A DNA stretch of 64,000 nucleotides from Pirellulaceae bacterium (GCA_965216885.1 OZ244208.1:730848-794847); one strand, 5' to 3'. Shown: positions 35,475-45,635, numbered from the stretch's first letter. Program-made: numbers and translations. The notes: generated by a model from the letters alone, not told the origin.

Positions 35475-36190
35475 TATCCACCTCGTGCTTTCACTGCTTC
35501 TCCAAGTCGAAATTCAGCTTTTGCAAGCACGCGTGAAATTCGCGACTCGGAAAGTCCAAGGACCTTGCCTATTTCTCTCAGGCGCAGGTCTTCCAGATGA
35601 TAGAGAGTGAGTACGATTCGTTCCTGTTCCGGTAGTTCTTCGATGCAGTCCGCGACGATCGAACGCGTTTCCTCGTCCTGGATCGCAATATCGGGACTGT
35701 CTTCGCGGGATTGACTGAGGTCATGGTAGTCCGACGCCGGGTCCAGTTCGTCGGGCCGAGCCAGTCGCATGGCTTCCAGTGTTTTTTCCACGTCGGACAC
35801 GGACAATCCCGTGTGCGCGGCAATGTTTTCCGGGGTCGCCGGCGGATCGAGTTGTCGGGTGGCTTTCCTGACAATCGTGACCTGACGGAGCATCTGACGG
35901 GACAGTGGCGAACTGCGCCGAAGCTCGTCCAGAATCGCGCCGCGGACACGAGGGTAGGCGAATGTCTGAAACGAGTTTTCTCGTCCCATGTCAAATCGGT
36001 GCGTGGCTTCGACAAGGCCCAACATGCCGGCGGATTCGAGGTTTTCGATGTCGACATTGGGAGGCAGTTTGCCCACCGTCCTTCGCACGACGTGTCGCAC
36101 GAACTGCACGTTCTCCAGAATTAGCTGTTCGCGATCGGCACGATCGGAGACTTCCTGATATGCCTGCGATGCTCGCGAGCCCTGCATCAT
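35474..36190 (-). CDS. fliA: Sigma-70-family flagellar sigma factor (sigma-28 FliA-like)
   Basis: Region 2 (FQTFAYPRVRGAILDELRR), region 3 and a region-4 helix-turn-helix (LTLYHLEDLRLREIGKVLGLSESRISRV). It lies in the flagellar locus. Confidence 0.8.
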   Translation of the reverse strand: MMQGSRASQAYQEVSDRADREQLILENVQFVRHVVRRTVGKLPPNVDIENLESAGMLGLVEATHRFDMGRENSFQTFAYPRVRGAILDELRRSSPLSRQMLRQVTIVRKATRQLDPPATPENIAAHTGLSVSDVEKTLEAMRLARPDELDPASDYHDLSQSREDSPDIAIQDEETRSIVADCIEELPEQERIVLTLYHLEDLRLREIGKVLGLSESRISRVLAKAEFRLGEAVKARGG

Positions 36191-36192
36191 GA

Positions 36193-36411
36193 CTATGCCT
36201 TTGAGCCAGGGTTGCTACGGTTGGGTGAAAGTACAGTTAGTGTGCGAACGGAGAACATCACAACGATGCCCGTAACGGTTGCTGCGACGGCGACCCGTTG
36301 CAGGACGATCAGTGGTTCGATGCCTCGGACGACGCCAATCAGCGTCACGAAGGCGCCCATCAGTGTGGCTGCAAGGACTCCCCACGGTCTTGGTTCACTG
36401 GCGGTCTGCAT
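36193..36411 (-). CDS. 72-aa two-TM membrane protein between flhA and fliA, hypothetical
   Basis: Hydrophobic; occupies the position where flhF/flhG sit in other flagellar loci. Confidence 0.4.
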   Translation of the reverse strand: MQTASEPRPWGVLAATLMGAFVTLIGVVRGIEPLIVLQRVAVAATVTGIVVMFSVRTLTVLSPNRSNPGSKA

Positions 36412-36412
36412 A

Positions 36413-38551
36413 CTAGATGGCCTCTAACATTTCTCGGTTGGGACCGGGCGTAGAGTCTTTCGCCTTGCCGGTTGACTGCGGTGCGCGAAACACGTCATCG
36501 TGTTTAATAACGTAGGAAAGATTGATCTTCGAATCGTTGGGAACTTCGTGATACGCAACCACCGCCAACTCCGGCAACGCCCTGGACAGGCACTGTCGTA
36601 GCGGTCGGCGTAGAGGGCCATCGGTCAGGACCACAACGTCCTTGCCTGCGTTGTTGGCCTGCTGCCAGTTTGTATTGATTTCGCCAATGAGACGTTCCAT
36701 TGGATCGGGCATCAGGGCCAACTTGCCTTCATGCAGGGATTCGCGGAACTTTGCTTCCAGTTGGGGATCACAGATCATCGCGGTGACCTGATCGTCGTCT
36801 CCGCGGTATCGATCAAGGATGTCACGCGAAAGTTGGTGGCGAACCAGTTCGACAAGGTCGGCAGGATTCTTGATCTGGTGTCCGTGCTGAACGACGACTT
36901 CAAGAATACGAGTGAAGTTGGTGATGGGAACGTGTTCTTCCAGCAGCAGGACAACGACCTGATGCAGGTCGCCCATGCGAATTACTTCGGGTCGCAGTTC
37001 GTCGACGATCGTGGGGGCCGACTCCCGGACCTTGTCGATAAGCTTGCGAAGGTCTTCACGGCTGAGCAATTCATGTGCGTGTTTGCGAAGCACTTCTCCA
37101 AGGTGAGTGATCATTACGGTGGAACCGTCGACCACGGTGTAGCCCTGAATTTCGGCTCGTTGTCGCGAGTTGGGTGATATCCATTTGGCCGGCAGCTGGA
37201 ATGCCGGATCGTGAGAGTCGAGTCCCGCAAGGTCTCCTCGAGCCGTACCGGGATTGATGGCCAGCAAGTCGTGTTCACGCAGTTCGAACTTTGCAATTTC
37301 ACGCCCGTTGATCATGATGCGGTAGGCATCTGCGGACAGGTTGATGTTGTCCCGGATCCGGATCGCGGGAATCCAGGTGCCGTGCTTGCTGGCCATGTCC
37401 GTCCGCAGGCTGCCGATTCGTTCGGCCAGTCCCTTGCCGTGCTTGGCTTCGACCAGAGGAATCAGCCGAATGCCAATTTCGACGCAGATGCGATCGGTCT
37501 GCAAGAACTGATCGAGATGATCCTGCTGGGATGTCTCCGCCGTCTTTTGCGGTTCGCTTTGGTCCGGTTCGTCTGCTTTGGCGGCCGTCGTTTTTTCTTT
37601 GCCCCGCAGTCGCCAGGTGTAGACCAGTCCGCCGGAAAGGATCAGGAACGGTAGCTTGGGAAGTCCCGGAGTAAAGGCAACGAAGAACAGGATGATAGCT
37701 CCGATGAGCAGTGCATTGGTGTTTCTGAAAAGCTGTTGGCCAATCTCGTCACCAAGACTGATTTTCGACGTCGCTTTCGTGACGAGGATACCGGCAGTGG
37801 TTGCAATGATGAGGGCCGGGATTTGTGTGACCAGACCGTCACCTACGGTCAGGATGGAGTATCGTCGGGCGGCTTCCAGGATTCCCACGCCATTGGTCAT
37901 CCCCAGCACGACGCCACCAACAAGGTTGATCCCCGTAATCACGAGTCCGGCGATTGCGTCACCGCGGACGAACTTGCTGGCACCGTCCATCGCCCCGTAG
38001 AACTCGGCTTCCTGTGCCAGGGATTCACGTCGGGTTCGGGCTGTCTCTTCATCGATAGCGCCGGACGTCATCTCGGCGTCGATGGCCATCTGTTTACCGG
38101 GCAGAGCATCCAGCGTAAATCTCGCCGCAACTTCCGAGACGCGCGTGGCACCCTTGGTGATCACGATGAACTGAATCACGATCAGAATCAGGAAGATCAC
38201 CAGGCCGACGATAATATTGCCGCCAACCACGAAACCACCGAACGTGGAAACGATCTTGCCGGCGTCGCCATTGAGCAGAATCAGTCGGGTCGTTGCGACG
38301 TTCAGTGAAAGTCGCCCGAGCGTCAGCAGCAATAGCAGCGATGGGAAAACGGAGATCTCCAGCGGCTTGGTGACGCCGATCGTGATCAACAACAGCAGGA
38401 TGGAAATCGCAAGATTGGTTGCCAGCAACATGTCCAGCAGGACCGGCGGCAGCGGGACCAGAATAACAACGAGAACACCGAGCAATCCCATCGAGAGCAG
38501 GGTTTCGCTCTGGAGATAAATTTTCGGCGATGCGTTGGCGGTACCATCCAT
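36413..38551 (-). CDS. flhA: Flagellar export apparatus protein FlhA
   Basis: 712 aa with an 8-TM N-terminus, the FxLDALPGKQMAIDAEMTSG motif and a cytoplasmic C-terminal domain. Confidence 0.92.
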   Translation of the reverse strand: MDGTANASPKIYLQSETLLSMGLLGVLVVILVPLPPVLLDMLLATNLAISILLLLITIGVTKPLEISVFPSLLLLLTLGRLSLNVATTRLILLNGDAGKIVSTFGGFVVGGNIIVGLVIFLILIVIQFIVITKGATRVSEVAARFTLDALPGKQMAIDAEMTSGAIDEETARTRRESLAQEAEFYGAMDGASKFVRGDAIAGLVITGINLVGGVVLGMTNGVGILEAARRYSILTVGDGLVTQIPALIIATTAGILVTKATSKISLGDEIGQQLFRNTNALLIGAIILFFVAFTPGLPKLPFLILSGGLVYTWRLRGKEKTTAAKADEPDQSEPQKTAETSQQDHLDQFLQTDRICVEIGIRLIPLVEAKHGKGLAERIGSLRTDMASKHGTWIPAIRIRDNINLSADAYRIMINGREIAKFELREHDLLAINPGTARGDLAGLDSHDPAFQLPAKWISPNSRQRAEIQGYTVVDGSTVMITHLGEVLRKHAHELLSREDLRKLIDKVRESAPTIVDELRPEVIRMGDLHQVVVLLLEEHVPITNFTRILEVVVQHGHQIKNPADLVELVRHQLSRDILDRYRGDDDQVTAMICDPQLEAKFRESLHEGKLALMPDPMERLIGEINTNWQQANNAGKDVVVLTDGPLRRPLRQCLSRALPELAVVAYHEVPNDSKINLSYVIKHDDVFRAPQSTGKAKDSTPGPNREMLEAI

Positions 38552-38565
38552 GGCAACCGGCCTTT

Positions 38566-39417
38566 CTAGTCTTCGATTGAATTAATCTGATAAGCGTGTC
38601 GGTTTCCAATCTTCCCAGGCCAACCGACATATTTGTCGATGCCACCAACGGTTGCCGCCAGCGGTTTGTTGATAGGTTGCTCCAACACCAGCACGTCACC
38701 CGGTTTCAAATCAGCCAACGCGGACATCTTGAGTGTGCGTTTCCCCAGCAGCACGACGACGTCCACTGGCAATTCCGTCACCAGCCGTTCGACATCGGCC
38801 GAAGTTCCCTGTTCGGAAGCATTCGCCTGGGATGACCGCATTGCGATCGCATCCATCGACGCGGCGGTCGTAACCCATTCGACCAGACCCTCGCGGAAAG
38901 GAGCCTTCAGGGCGAACTTGGCAACCACCAACTCGCATTCATCCGGAACGTCCATGATCAGGTCTTTCCAGATTCCCGCTTCACCCGTGCTGATATCGGC
39001 GCCAGCCAGCGGAGGCTGCGTTTCGTGCATGGATGTAACGAAGTCTTCGATCAGTTTTCGTTGGACGGCGGCTTCGATGTCCGATAACGCACGCTCTTCG
39101 GTTTCGGCAGCCGGGTCCGCGCCCACGAGGCTGCTGACAAGGTTCAGGCCCACCGACTGTGGAACCATCATCATGCCATGCGATTCATCGGGTCCTGTCG
39201 AAACGCGATAGCCGCTGCCGGCACCTTCGTACCGGGCTGCCAATTCTTTGCCGAGGCAGAAGTCAAAGCCAGCCTGTTCGATTTCGAATTCGAATCCGAA
39301 GTGTGGCGCCCAGCGTTCGTTCGTGGAACGCACGATGCGCGCATGCCAGTCGCCGATCGCCGTTTCGACGAATTCGGGCAGTCGGCCAGGTTTTCGGAAA
39401 TCGAACGCCTCCATCAT
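38566..39417 (-). CDS. fliM: Flagellar motor switch protein FliM
   Basis: The N-terminus FDFRKPGRLPEF fits the CheY-P binding/FliM signature, and the C-terminus is a SpoA (FliN-like) domain, GDVLVLEQPINKPLAATVGG. Confidence 0.8.
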   Translation of the reverse strand: MMEAFDFRKPGRLPEFVETAIGDWHARIVRSTNERWAPHFGFEFEIEQAGFDFCLGKELAARYEGAGSGYRVSTGPDESHGMMMVPQSVGLNLVSSLVGADPAAETEERALSDIEAAVQRKLIEDFVTSMHETQPPLAGADISTGEAGIWKDLIMDVPDECELVVAKFALKAPFREGLVEWVTTAASMDAIAMRSSQANASEQGTSADVERLVTELPVDVVVLLGKRTLKMSALADLKPGDVLVLEQPINKPLAATVGGIDKYVGWPGKIGNRHAYQINSIED

Positions 39418-39908
39418 TGAATCTGAAACTCCTCGAACAGAATGTCCTGCACTTCTTCGATGCCGTCCGGTGCAATGATCTGATTGAACTTGTTCTGGAT
39501 GTCACGGCGCAACGCATTTTGTCCGGCGGCACCACGAATGTCGGCCATCTGCTTGTCCGAGATGTAGCTGATCAACCAGCTGCGCAGTACGGAGTGTTGC
39601 TTGGTGATCGTTTCGACGAGTTCGGTCTCTTTCTCACCAGAGATCTGCAACGTGATCTTCAGGCGGAGATAGCGAGCCAGTTCGCCTTCATCAAGGTTGG
39701 CGACGATTTCGCCAAACTCGTGGAATGCCGGCGGTATGGCCTCGACGACCTCCTCGGTGTCTCCGTTGATCATAGCTGGCACGTAGGCAGCGATTGCAAA
39801 ACCGGCGGCGCCCGAGATCAAACCGACGATTGCAGGAACGGCGATTGCGAGCATCAGCCCGGAATTCTTTTTGGGTGCTTCGTCCTCTTTTGCTTCTTCG
39901 TCAGCCAT
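39414..39908 (-). CDS. fliL: Flagellar basal-body-associated protein FliL
   Basis: Single N-terminal TM plus the FliL domain (YLRLKITLQIS through NALRRDIQNKFNQI). It overlaps fliM by 4 nt. Confidence 0.8.
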   Translation of the reverse strand: MADEEAKEDEAPKKNSGLMLAIAVPAIVGLISGAAGFAIAAYVPAMINGDTEEVVEAIPPAFHEFGEIVANLDEGELARYLRLKITLQISGEKETELVETITKQHSVLRSWLISYISDKQMADIRGAAGQNALRRDIQNKFNQIIAPDGIEEVQDILFEEFQIQ

Positions 39909-39941
39909 CAGCTTCTCCTTCTCCTTCCGAAGTGAAACGAA

Positions 39942-40760
39942 TTAACGATTCAAACGGGACCGACTGGCGGTCTGGGTACGTCGTTGTTTCTGAAGTCGTG
40001 ATGTGAGTTCGGCCAGCAGCGTGGGATCCTTGAGCGAGTCGAGGATCTTGGCAGCGTTCCGCTCCTCCATCTTCTGCAACATGGTCAACGCATAGTCGAT
40101 GCGGCCATCATTGGCGAATTCCCGGAGGACATCCGCCGCGATTTCCGGACTCATGGATTCGATCAGTCCGGCGGCCTGTTTTTCGTTCGCGGCCTTGTCC
40201 TCGGGGGTCTGACCGGTCTCCTTCTCGAATTCCTCGCGGTTCTTGTCCAGCGTCTCGCGTTCTGTTTTCAGTGCCGTGCTCTGTTGTTTGATTTGAGCCA
40301 GCAGCGACTCGCCAGCCGTGAGCGTATCGTTGACATGGGCCAGCAAGCCTTCCATTTCGGCGTGGCGGGCTTCCATGTCCGAGTATTCAAGCTGCATGCG
40401 CTTTTCCCGTTCGTCCAGGGCGGCTTCCCGGGCCTTCAGTTTTTCCATGCGCTCGCGGTTAATGACACCGAACCGAAAGATCTCCTCGGCGCTGATTGGC
40501 TTGGAGGGGACGGGCGTCGGCAAGGGCTCGTCGGGGCCGGTGGATGTCGCATCCGCAACGACGGGTTCGGGTGTGACATCGAAGCTGGGTAATGGCGGCA
40601 GCGTGAAACCGGCTGCGTCGCCAGCGTCCTCCGCGACCACGGCTTCGTCGGCCTTCTCTGCTTCGGCCGCGAGTTGCATCTGCGTGAAGTACCACGCACC
40701 GACCGCCCCAAGGGCGAACAGGCAGACTCCAAACAGCGTGTACAGGAACGTCTTGATCAT
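39942..40760 (-). CDS. Flagellar-cluster membrane coiled-coil protein with an MgtE-N/FlbB-like C-terminal region
   Basis: N-terminal TM, a long Glu/Ala coiled coil, and a C-terminal segment (IAADVLREFANDGRIDYALTMLQKMEERNAAKILDSL) resembling the MgtE_N fold of FlbB/MotE-type flagellar proteins. It overlaps fliJ by 4 nt. Confidence 0.4.
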   Translation of the reverse strand: MIKTFLYTLFGVCLFALGAVGAWYFTQMQLAAEAEKADEAVVAEDAGDAAGFTLPPLPSFDVTPEPVVADATSTGPDEPLPTPVPSKPISAEEIFRFGVINRERMEKLKAREAALDEREKRMQLEYSDMEARHAEMEGLLAHVNDTLTAGESLLAQIKQQSTALKTERETLDKNREEFEKETGQTPEDKAANEKQAAGLIESMSPEIAADVLREFANDGRIDYALTMLQKMEERNAAKILDSLKDPTLLAELTSRLQKQRRTQTASRSRLNR

Positions 40761-41224
40761 TCAGTTGTTCCTTCCGGCTGATAGAGTTGCTGTTCGAAGG
40801 CCTCGCGATATTCGAGACCCAACATTCGCAGTTCCAGTTCGTGTTCCGCTTTGCGCTGTTCGTTGGAAGTGAATTCGGCAAAAGCCGTATCCCGCATTGA
40901 TTCCCATGCCTTTATTTTTCCGTCCAGTTGGCGATGGTGTTTCACCAGTTCCGAATGGTTCTTCGCCAACTCAGCCTCCCGGTGGCCGACTTGCTCGATC
41001 TGCCGTTGCACGATCAGGCTTGACGATTGAATGTCCATAATGTCGATGGGTATTCCGGTTTTGATGCGTTGGCTGATGCCAGCCAGTTCCTGTCTCAGTT
41101 CATCCAGCAGTTTGCGAGTCTCCGCAATGCGTGCCGCCGACATCTGAAGTGCAGCTTCTGACTGCACCTTTTGTTGGTGTTTGAGTCGCAGTAATCGATC
41201 CAGTGGGTAATGGAAGCGCTTCAT
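40757..41224 (-). CDS. fliJ: Flagellar export chaperone FliJ
   Basis: 155-aa all-coiled-coil protein immediately downstream of fliI. Confidence 0.7.
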   Translation of the reverse strand: MKRFHYPLDRLLRLKHQQKVQSEAALQMSAARIAETRKLLDELRQELAGISQRIKTGIPIDIMDIQSSSLIVQRQIEQVGHREAELAKNHSELVKHHRQLDGKIKAWESMRDTAFAEFTSNEQRKAEHELELRMLGLEYREAFEQQLYQPEGTTE

Positions 41225-41227
41225 TTA

Positions 41228-42553
41228 TCAGAATGTCCATTTTCTCGCAAACTGGTTCATCGCAGCCAGCGTCTCTTCAATGTTGGCTTTCGAACCGATT
41301 GGCTGGTGGACAAACTGCCTGACTACCGGCTCCAGCGCGAGGGCACGATCGACGATTGGCGAGCTGCCAGATTCGTAGGCGCCAACTCGCACGAGGTCTT
41401 CGACTTCCGAAAGTGTCGCCAGCATGTGACGCATGCGACGAGCTTCTTCCTGTTGTTGCGGAGTGGTGACTTCGCGGCTCACACGACTGACACTGCGGCC
41501 GACGTCGATCGCCGGGAACTGACCTTTCTCGGCCAACTTGCGACTGAGGACAATGTGCCCATCGACGATCGAACGGACCGCGTCCGTGACGGGCTCATCA
41601 AGGTCGTCTCCATCCACCAGTACGGTAATCAGGCCTGTAATAGAGCCCTCTGGCGATGTTCCCAGTTGTTCGAGGAACGAAGCCAGCAGCTGAAATACAC
41701 TGGGCGTGTAGCCTCGCGAACTTGGTGGTTCACCCAGCGAGAGTCCAATCTCTCGTTGTGCCATCGCCAATCGCGTGATGCTGTCAATCATCAGCAGCAC
41801 GTTCTTCCCCTGCCGGCGAAAACCATCGGCAATCGTCATTGCAGACAGGGCCGCTTTCACTCGCATCAACGCCGCTTCTTCGGAAGTGGTCACGATCACG
41901 ACGGACTTCTCCAGCCCTGTTCCCAGGCAGTCATCCAGAAACGGACGCACTTCCCTGCCCCGTTCGCCGATCAGCGCAACCACGTTGACGTCGGCTTCCG
42001 AACCGCGAGCAATTTCTCCCAAAAGAGTACTTTTTCCTACGCCGCTACCAGCCATCAAGGCAACACGCTGACCGCGTCCGCAGGTGATCAGTCCATCGAT
42101 GGCTCTTTGGCCGGTTACGAATCGTTCTGAAATTCGCGGGCGTGACATCGATGATGGCGTTGATTGCTGCACCGGGATATTTCGGCAACCTTCGATGGGG
42201 CCACGGCCATCGATCGGCTCACCCAGGCCATCCAGTACGCGACCCAACAGTGGGTCACCGAAGGCCACGTCCATTTTGCGTCCGAGTCCAACCACAAGGT
42301 CGCCGGGGCGAAGTCCGTGAGGTGACCGGAACGGCAACAACTGCGATACGCCCTGTTGGAATCCAACGACCTCAGCGAGTACCGGTTCGCTCTTTTGCGG
42401 CCTAATCTCACACAGCTCACCGAGTTCGGCGTCCAGCGTCGTTGTCAGTAGCCCCCGCGCGCCGGTGAGTTTTCCGGCGGACCGAAATGCGGTCGCTTCG
42501 AACAGCTTGTCGAGTTGTAGCGGTTCAAGACCGGTTTCAAGACCAGGCATCAT
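41228..42553 (-). CDS. fliI: Flagellum-specific ATPase FliI
   Basis: Walker A GSGVGKSTLLG in an F1/T3SS ATPase fold. I chose the Met pair at 42553. Confidence 0.92.
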   Translation of the reverse strand: MMPGLETGLEPLQLDKLFEATAFRSAGKLTGARGLLTTTLDAELGELCEIRPQKSEPVLAEVVGFQQGVSQLLPFRSPHGLRPGDLVVGLGRKMDVAFGDPLLGRVLDGLGEPIDGRGPIEGCRNIPVQQSTPSSMSRPRISERFVTGQRAIDGLITCGRGQRVALMAGSGVGKSTLLGEIARGSEADVNVVALIGERGREVRPFLDDCLGTGLEKSVVIVTTSEEAALMRVKAALSAMTIADGFRRQGKNVLLMIDSITRLAMAQREIGLSLGEPPSSRGYTPSVFQLLASFLEQLGTSPEGSITGLITVLVDGDDLDEPVTDAVRSIVDGHIVLSRKLAEKGQFPAIDVGRSVSRVSREVTTPQQQEEARRMRHMLATLSEVEDLVRVGAYESGSSPIVDRALALEPVVRQFVHQPIGSKANIEETLAAMNQFARKWTF

Positions 42554-43127
42554 CAATACCTTTCTTGAGCAGTCGTTCTGCGTCGTCCAGTCGTTGCTCG
42601 ATTGTCGACAAGAGTTGCTTCTGGCCCTGTGTCGCAATGCAGCTGCCTCGCTGCAAGGCTGGATCGGCGACCAACTCCAGTTGTTGGACGATCGTTGCCG
42701 TGGTCGACTCCTCCTGCAACGCCGACAGGTCTTCCGGGTTCAGGCGAACGGAGATCGCGGCGTTGCCTTCGTCAAGCTGCCCCGCAAGTTTCGACAGTAG
42801 GGGTTCAAGGTTGAACTGTCCGGCGTCCACGGCCTGTCCGACGATGTGCCGGGCAATGCTGGTTCCCAATGACACGGCCATCGCCCGCAGTTCCTCGACT
42901 TGAATCTTCTGCGATGACGAATAGTCGTCGACCGACCGGGCGATGTTCGCGAGCAACCTCTCGATCTTCTGTGGGTCGATCGTCGGGACGGGCGGTGCCG
43001 GTTCGGCTGGCTTGGCCTCCGCCGTGGGAGCGGTTGTGTTACGTGGAGTTGACGATGGGACGCCGCGCAGGCGCACGTCGGTCAACAATCGATGGAAGTG
43101 ATATCGTTCGTTCTGGGTGGCAGTCAT
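42537..43127 (-). CDS. fliH: Flagellar assembly protein FliH
   Basis: FliH/YscL-like C-terminus, positioned between fliG and fliI. Confidence 0.7.
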   Translation of the reverse strand: MTATQNERYHFHRLLTDVRLRGVPSSTPRNTTAPTAEAKPAEPAPPVPTIDPQKIERLLANIARSVDDYSSSQKIQVEELRAMAVSLGTSIARHIVGQAVDAGQFNLEPLLSKLAGQLDEGNAAISVRLNPEDLSALQEESTTATIVQQLELVADPALQRGSCIATQGQKQLLSTIEQRLDDAERLLKKGIDDAWS

Positions 43128-44080
43128 TCTTCTTCCATCTCCAGATCCCCTTTGGCATCCAGCTCGGCGACCGCATTGCAGACGCTCTGTCGCGCGATTT
43201 CCTGCTCTTCTTTGGTGATCTTGCCAAGGAATTCCATCTCTTCGACCATCGTGGCACGAGCTCGCTTGGACATGTTGGACAGGATCTTGTCGATGATTCC
43301 CTGGTCGCCGTCCTTCATGGCCACCGCGAGCGTGGCAGAGTCGATTTCGCCCAGCAGCCCCTGAATGGATCGGTCGGTCACCAGCAGCAGGTCGTCGAAG
43401 ACATAGAGCTTCTGCGAGACTGCCTCGGCGGTTTCCTCATCTTCTTCTCGCAGCTTTTCCATCATGGTTGTGCGGCTGCCGCGATCCATCTTTCGCAGCA
43501 TTTCCGCCAACCTCTCGATTGCTGCCGACGTTGGGTCGATGGGCTTCTTGCGGTCGAACAATCGACCTTTGGCAAAGGCAGCTCGCGCGATGCAATGACG
43601 AATGGATTCTGCAACGACCGGTGGTGACTGGAGATGCAAGAACACTTGCGAACCCAATTCACCTTCCAACTCTTCGATGACGGCTGCGGCCTGATCGGCT
43701 TCCATGCTATTCAGCACGGTGGCCGTCGTGCGTGGGCTCTCTTCGTTAAAGACCTGCGCAAGTTGGGCGACGGAAAGTTGAGCCAGATCGTGAAACGGGT
43801 CGTCGGTGGCTTCTGCGGGCGGCAGGTCTTCGTCCGCAGCTTCGTCCGCGTCGGACTTGCCCGGCAGGTCGCTTGAAACGAGTGAAAGAAAGCGGTCGAA
43901 CTCGTCGAGTACCGCGTCGACTTCGTACGCTTCCGGCGGATTTTCATTGATCCCGTTCAGCACGCCGCGAACTTTCGCTGCCTGTGTTTCTGGCAGGTTT
44001 TCCAACAGCGCGTTGGAAACGTCCTCGCCGAGAAAGTTCAGCAGGATGCCGATTCGGGTTTGTGCAGTTTCACCGTTCAC
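43124..44080 (-). CDS. fliG: Flagellar motor switch protein FliG
   Basis: 318 aa with armadillo-like repeats and the charged C-terminal torque helix MVEEMEFLG...ARQSV. Confidence 0.88.
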   Translation of the reverse strand: MNGETAQTRIGILLNFLGEDVSNALLENLPETQAAKVRGVLNGINENPPEAYEVDAVLDEFDRFLSLVSSDLPGKSDADEAADEDLPPAEATDDPFHDLAQLSVAQLAQVFNEESPRTTATVLNSMEADQAAAVIEELEGELGSQVFLHLQSPPVVAESIRHCIARAAFAKGRLFDRKKPIDPTSAAIERLAEMLRKMDRGSRTTMMEKLREEDEETAEAVSQKLYVFDDLLLVTDRSIQGLLGEIDSATLAVAMKDGDQGIIDKILSNMSKRARATMVEEMEFLGKITKEEQEIARQSVCNAVAELDAKGDLEMEEE

Positions 44081-44102
44081 TGTTCGTTCCTGTCAGGCTC
44101 CC

Positions 44103-45635
44103 TCAGGCGGCTTTCTTCACGGTGGCGTTGTCGTCGGCGTCACCCATCCATGCGGAGAGGATTTTCGAGACGGCCTCGGGATTCTGTTGGATTTGATCCG
44201 TCATCTTGGAGAGCACCTGTGCACGTTGCGTCTCCGGATCGGTACGATCAACCACGACTGTGACGGGCTTCATTTTTCGCAAGGCGAGGTTTAGAACCAG
44301 CAGCGCCACGATTGCCGCGAGTCCCAGGGAGCTGTGGCGAATCAGGGTGGTCGCCATTTCCCACTGGTTGATGCCCGCCAGTGTTTCGTCGATCTGTTGG
44401 TCGGTGTTCAGAGCGAACGTGCTGGAAATCACCTTGATCTTGTCGTTGCGTTCGTCCTTGAAACCGACAGCGAACTTGATGGTTTCCTCGATGTCCGCCA
44501 GCGTCGGGACGGTGGCGTCCGGGGCCGCGTTGGGATCGGGCGTCAGATCCACGGCTGCCGCGATCGTGAGTCGTTTGAGCGTACCGGCGACCTGCTTGGT
44601 CTGCTCCGTGGTCTCTGCGTTGAGGTACGTTGTGTCGATGGTTTCGCTTTCCTGCGAAGTACCAACGGCACCGTTTCCTGTGCCAACGGGATTCACGGCA
44701 AGGTTCGAACCGGTGCCGGCAGGACCGCTGGGTGTCTGAGCCTGCCCTGTGCTGTTTGAGGTTTCGATCTTCTCCTGCCCCTTGACCTTAACGGAAGGGT
44801 CGTACGTTTTCGAATTGGTGGTGCGTTCGGTGAAGTCCACTTCCGCCGTTACCTTGACGACTGCCTTGCCCAGTCCCAGCATGGGTTCCAGCATCGATTC
44901 GGCCTTTGCGACCGCTTCGGCTTCGATTCGGTGTTGCATTTCCAGTCGTCCAAGGAAACCGCCATCGCCATCGGTGTTAGGCGTAATGGAGTTTCCATTG
45001 AGGTCGGTGACCGTGACCGATTCGGGAGTGAGCCCTTCGACACTGGCGGCAACCATTTGCACGATCGATCGTGCCTGCGTGCGAGTGATGGAGGCCGATG
45101 GGCGGACACCAATTACAACGCTGGCGGTGGTAGGCTGCTGATCGCGGATCATGGGCGTCCACTTGGGTTGTGCAATGTGGACGTCTGCACTGCTGATGGC
45201 CCTCATGCGAAGAATGCTCTGTTCCAGTTGAGCTTCCTTGGCACGTAGCAGGCGGTGGTGTGTTTGCGAGGAACCGTCAAAGATCGACGAGCCCATGCCG
45301 CTGGCTTCCGGGGACACGCCACTGGCACCCAGTTGGTCGCTGGCTGCCAGTCGTGCTTCGCTCCAGCGCGAGTTGGGAACCATGACGGCCGACCCGGCAA
45401 AGTCGGTCTTGTTGGGGATGCTATTCGTATTCAGGGCACTGACGATATTGGCCGCTTCCGTGGGACTGAGGTTCGTCGCCAACGCGATGTACTGCGGCTG
45501 CGCAGACCAGTAGCCCACGCCGGACACGACCGTGATAGAGATCAATGCGACCAATACGATCGCAGCCCGACCAGCAGGGGTCGAGCGATTCCAGTGTGTC
45601 TTGATTTGTTCGATGATGCCGTTCAGCGTGTCCAT
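44103..45635 (-). CDS. fliF: Flagellar MS-ring protein FliF
   Basis: 510 aa with an N-terminal TM, ring-building motifs, a second TM near residue 440 and a C-terminal FliG-binding tail. Confidence 0.9.
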   Translation of the reverse strand: MDTLNGIIEQIKTHWNRSTPAGRAAIVLVALISITVVSGVGYWSAQPQYIALATNLSPTEAANIVSALNTNSIPNKTDFAGSAVMVPNSRWSEARLAASDQLGASGVSPEASGMGSSIFDGSSQTHHRLLRAKEAQLEQSILRMRAISSADVHIAQPKWTPMIRDQQPTTASVVIGVRPSASITRTQARSIVQMVAASVEGLTPESVTVTDLNGNSITPNTDGDGGFLGRLEMQHRIEAEAVAKAESMLEPMLGLGKAVVKVTAEVDFTERTTNSKTYDPSVKVKGQEKIETSNSTGQAQTPSGPAGTGSNLAVNPVGTGNGAVGTSQESETIDTTYLNAETTEQTKQVAGTLKRLTIAAAVDLTPDPNAAPDATVPTLADIEETIKFAVGFKDERNDKIKVISSTFALNTDQQIDETLAGINQWEMATTLIRHSSLGLAAIVALLVLNLALRKMKPVTVVVDRTDPETQRAQVLSKMTDQIQQNPEAVSKILSAWMGDADDNATVKKAA

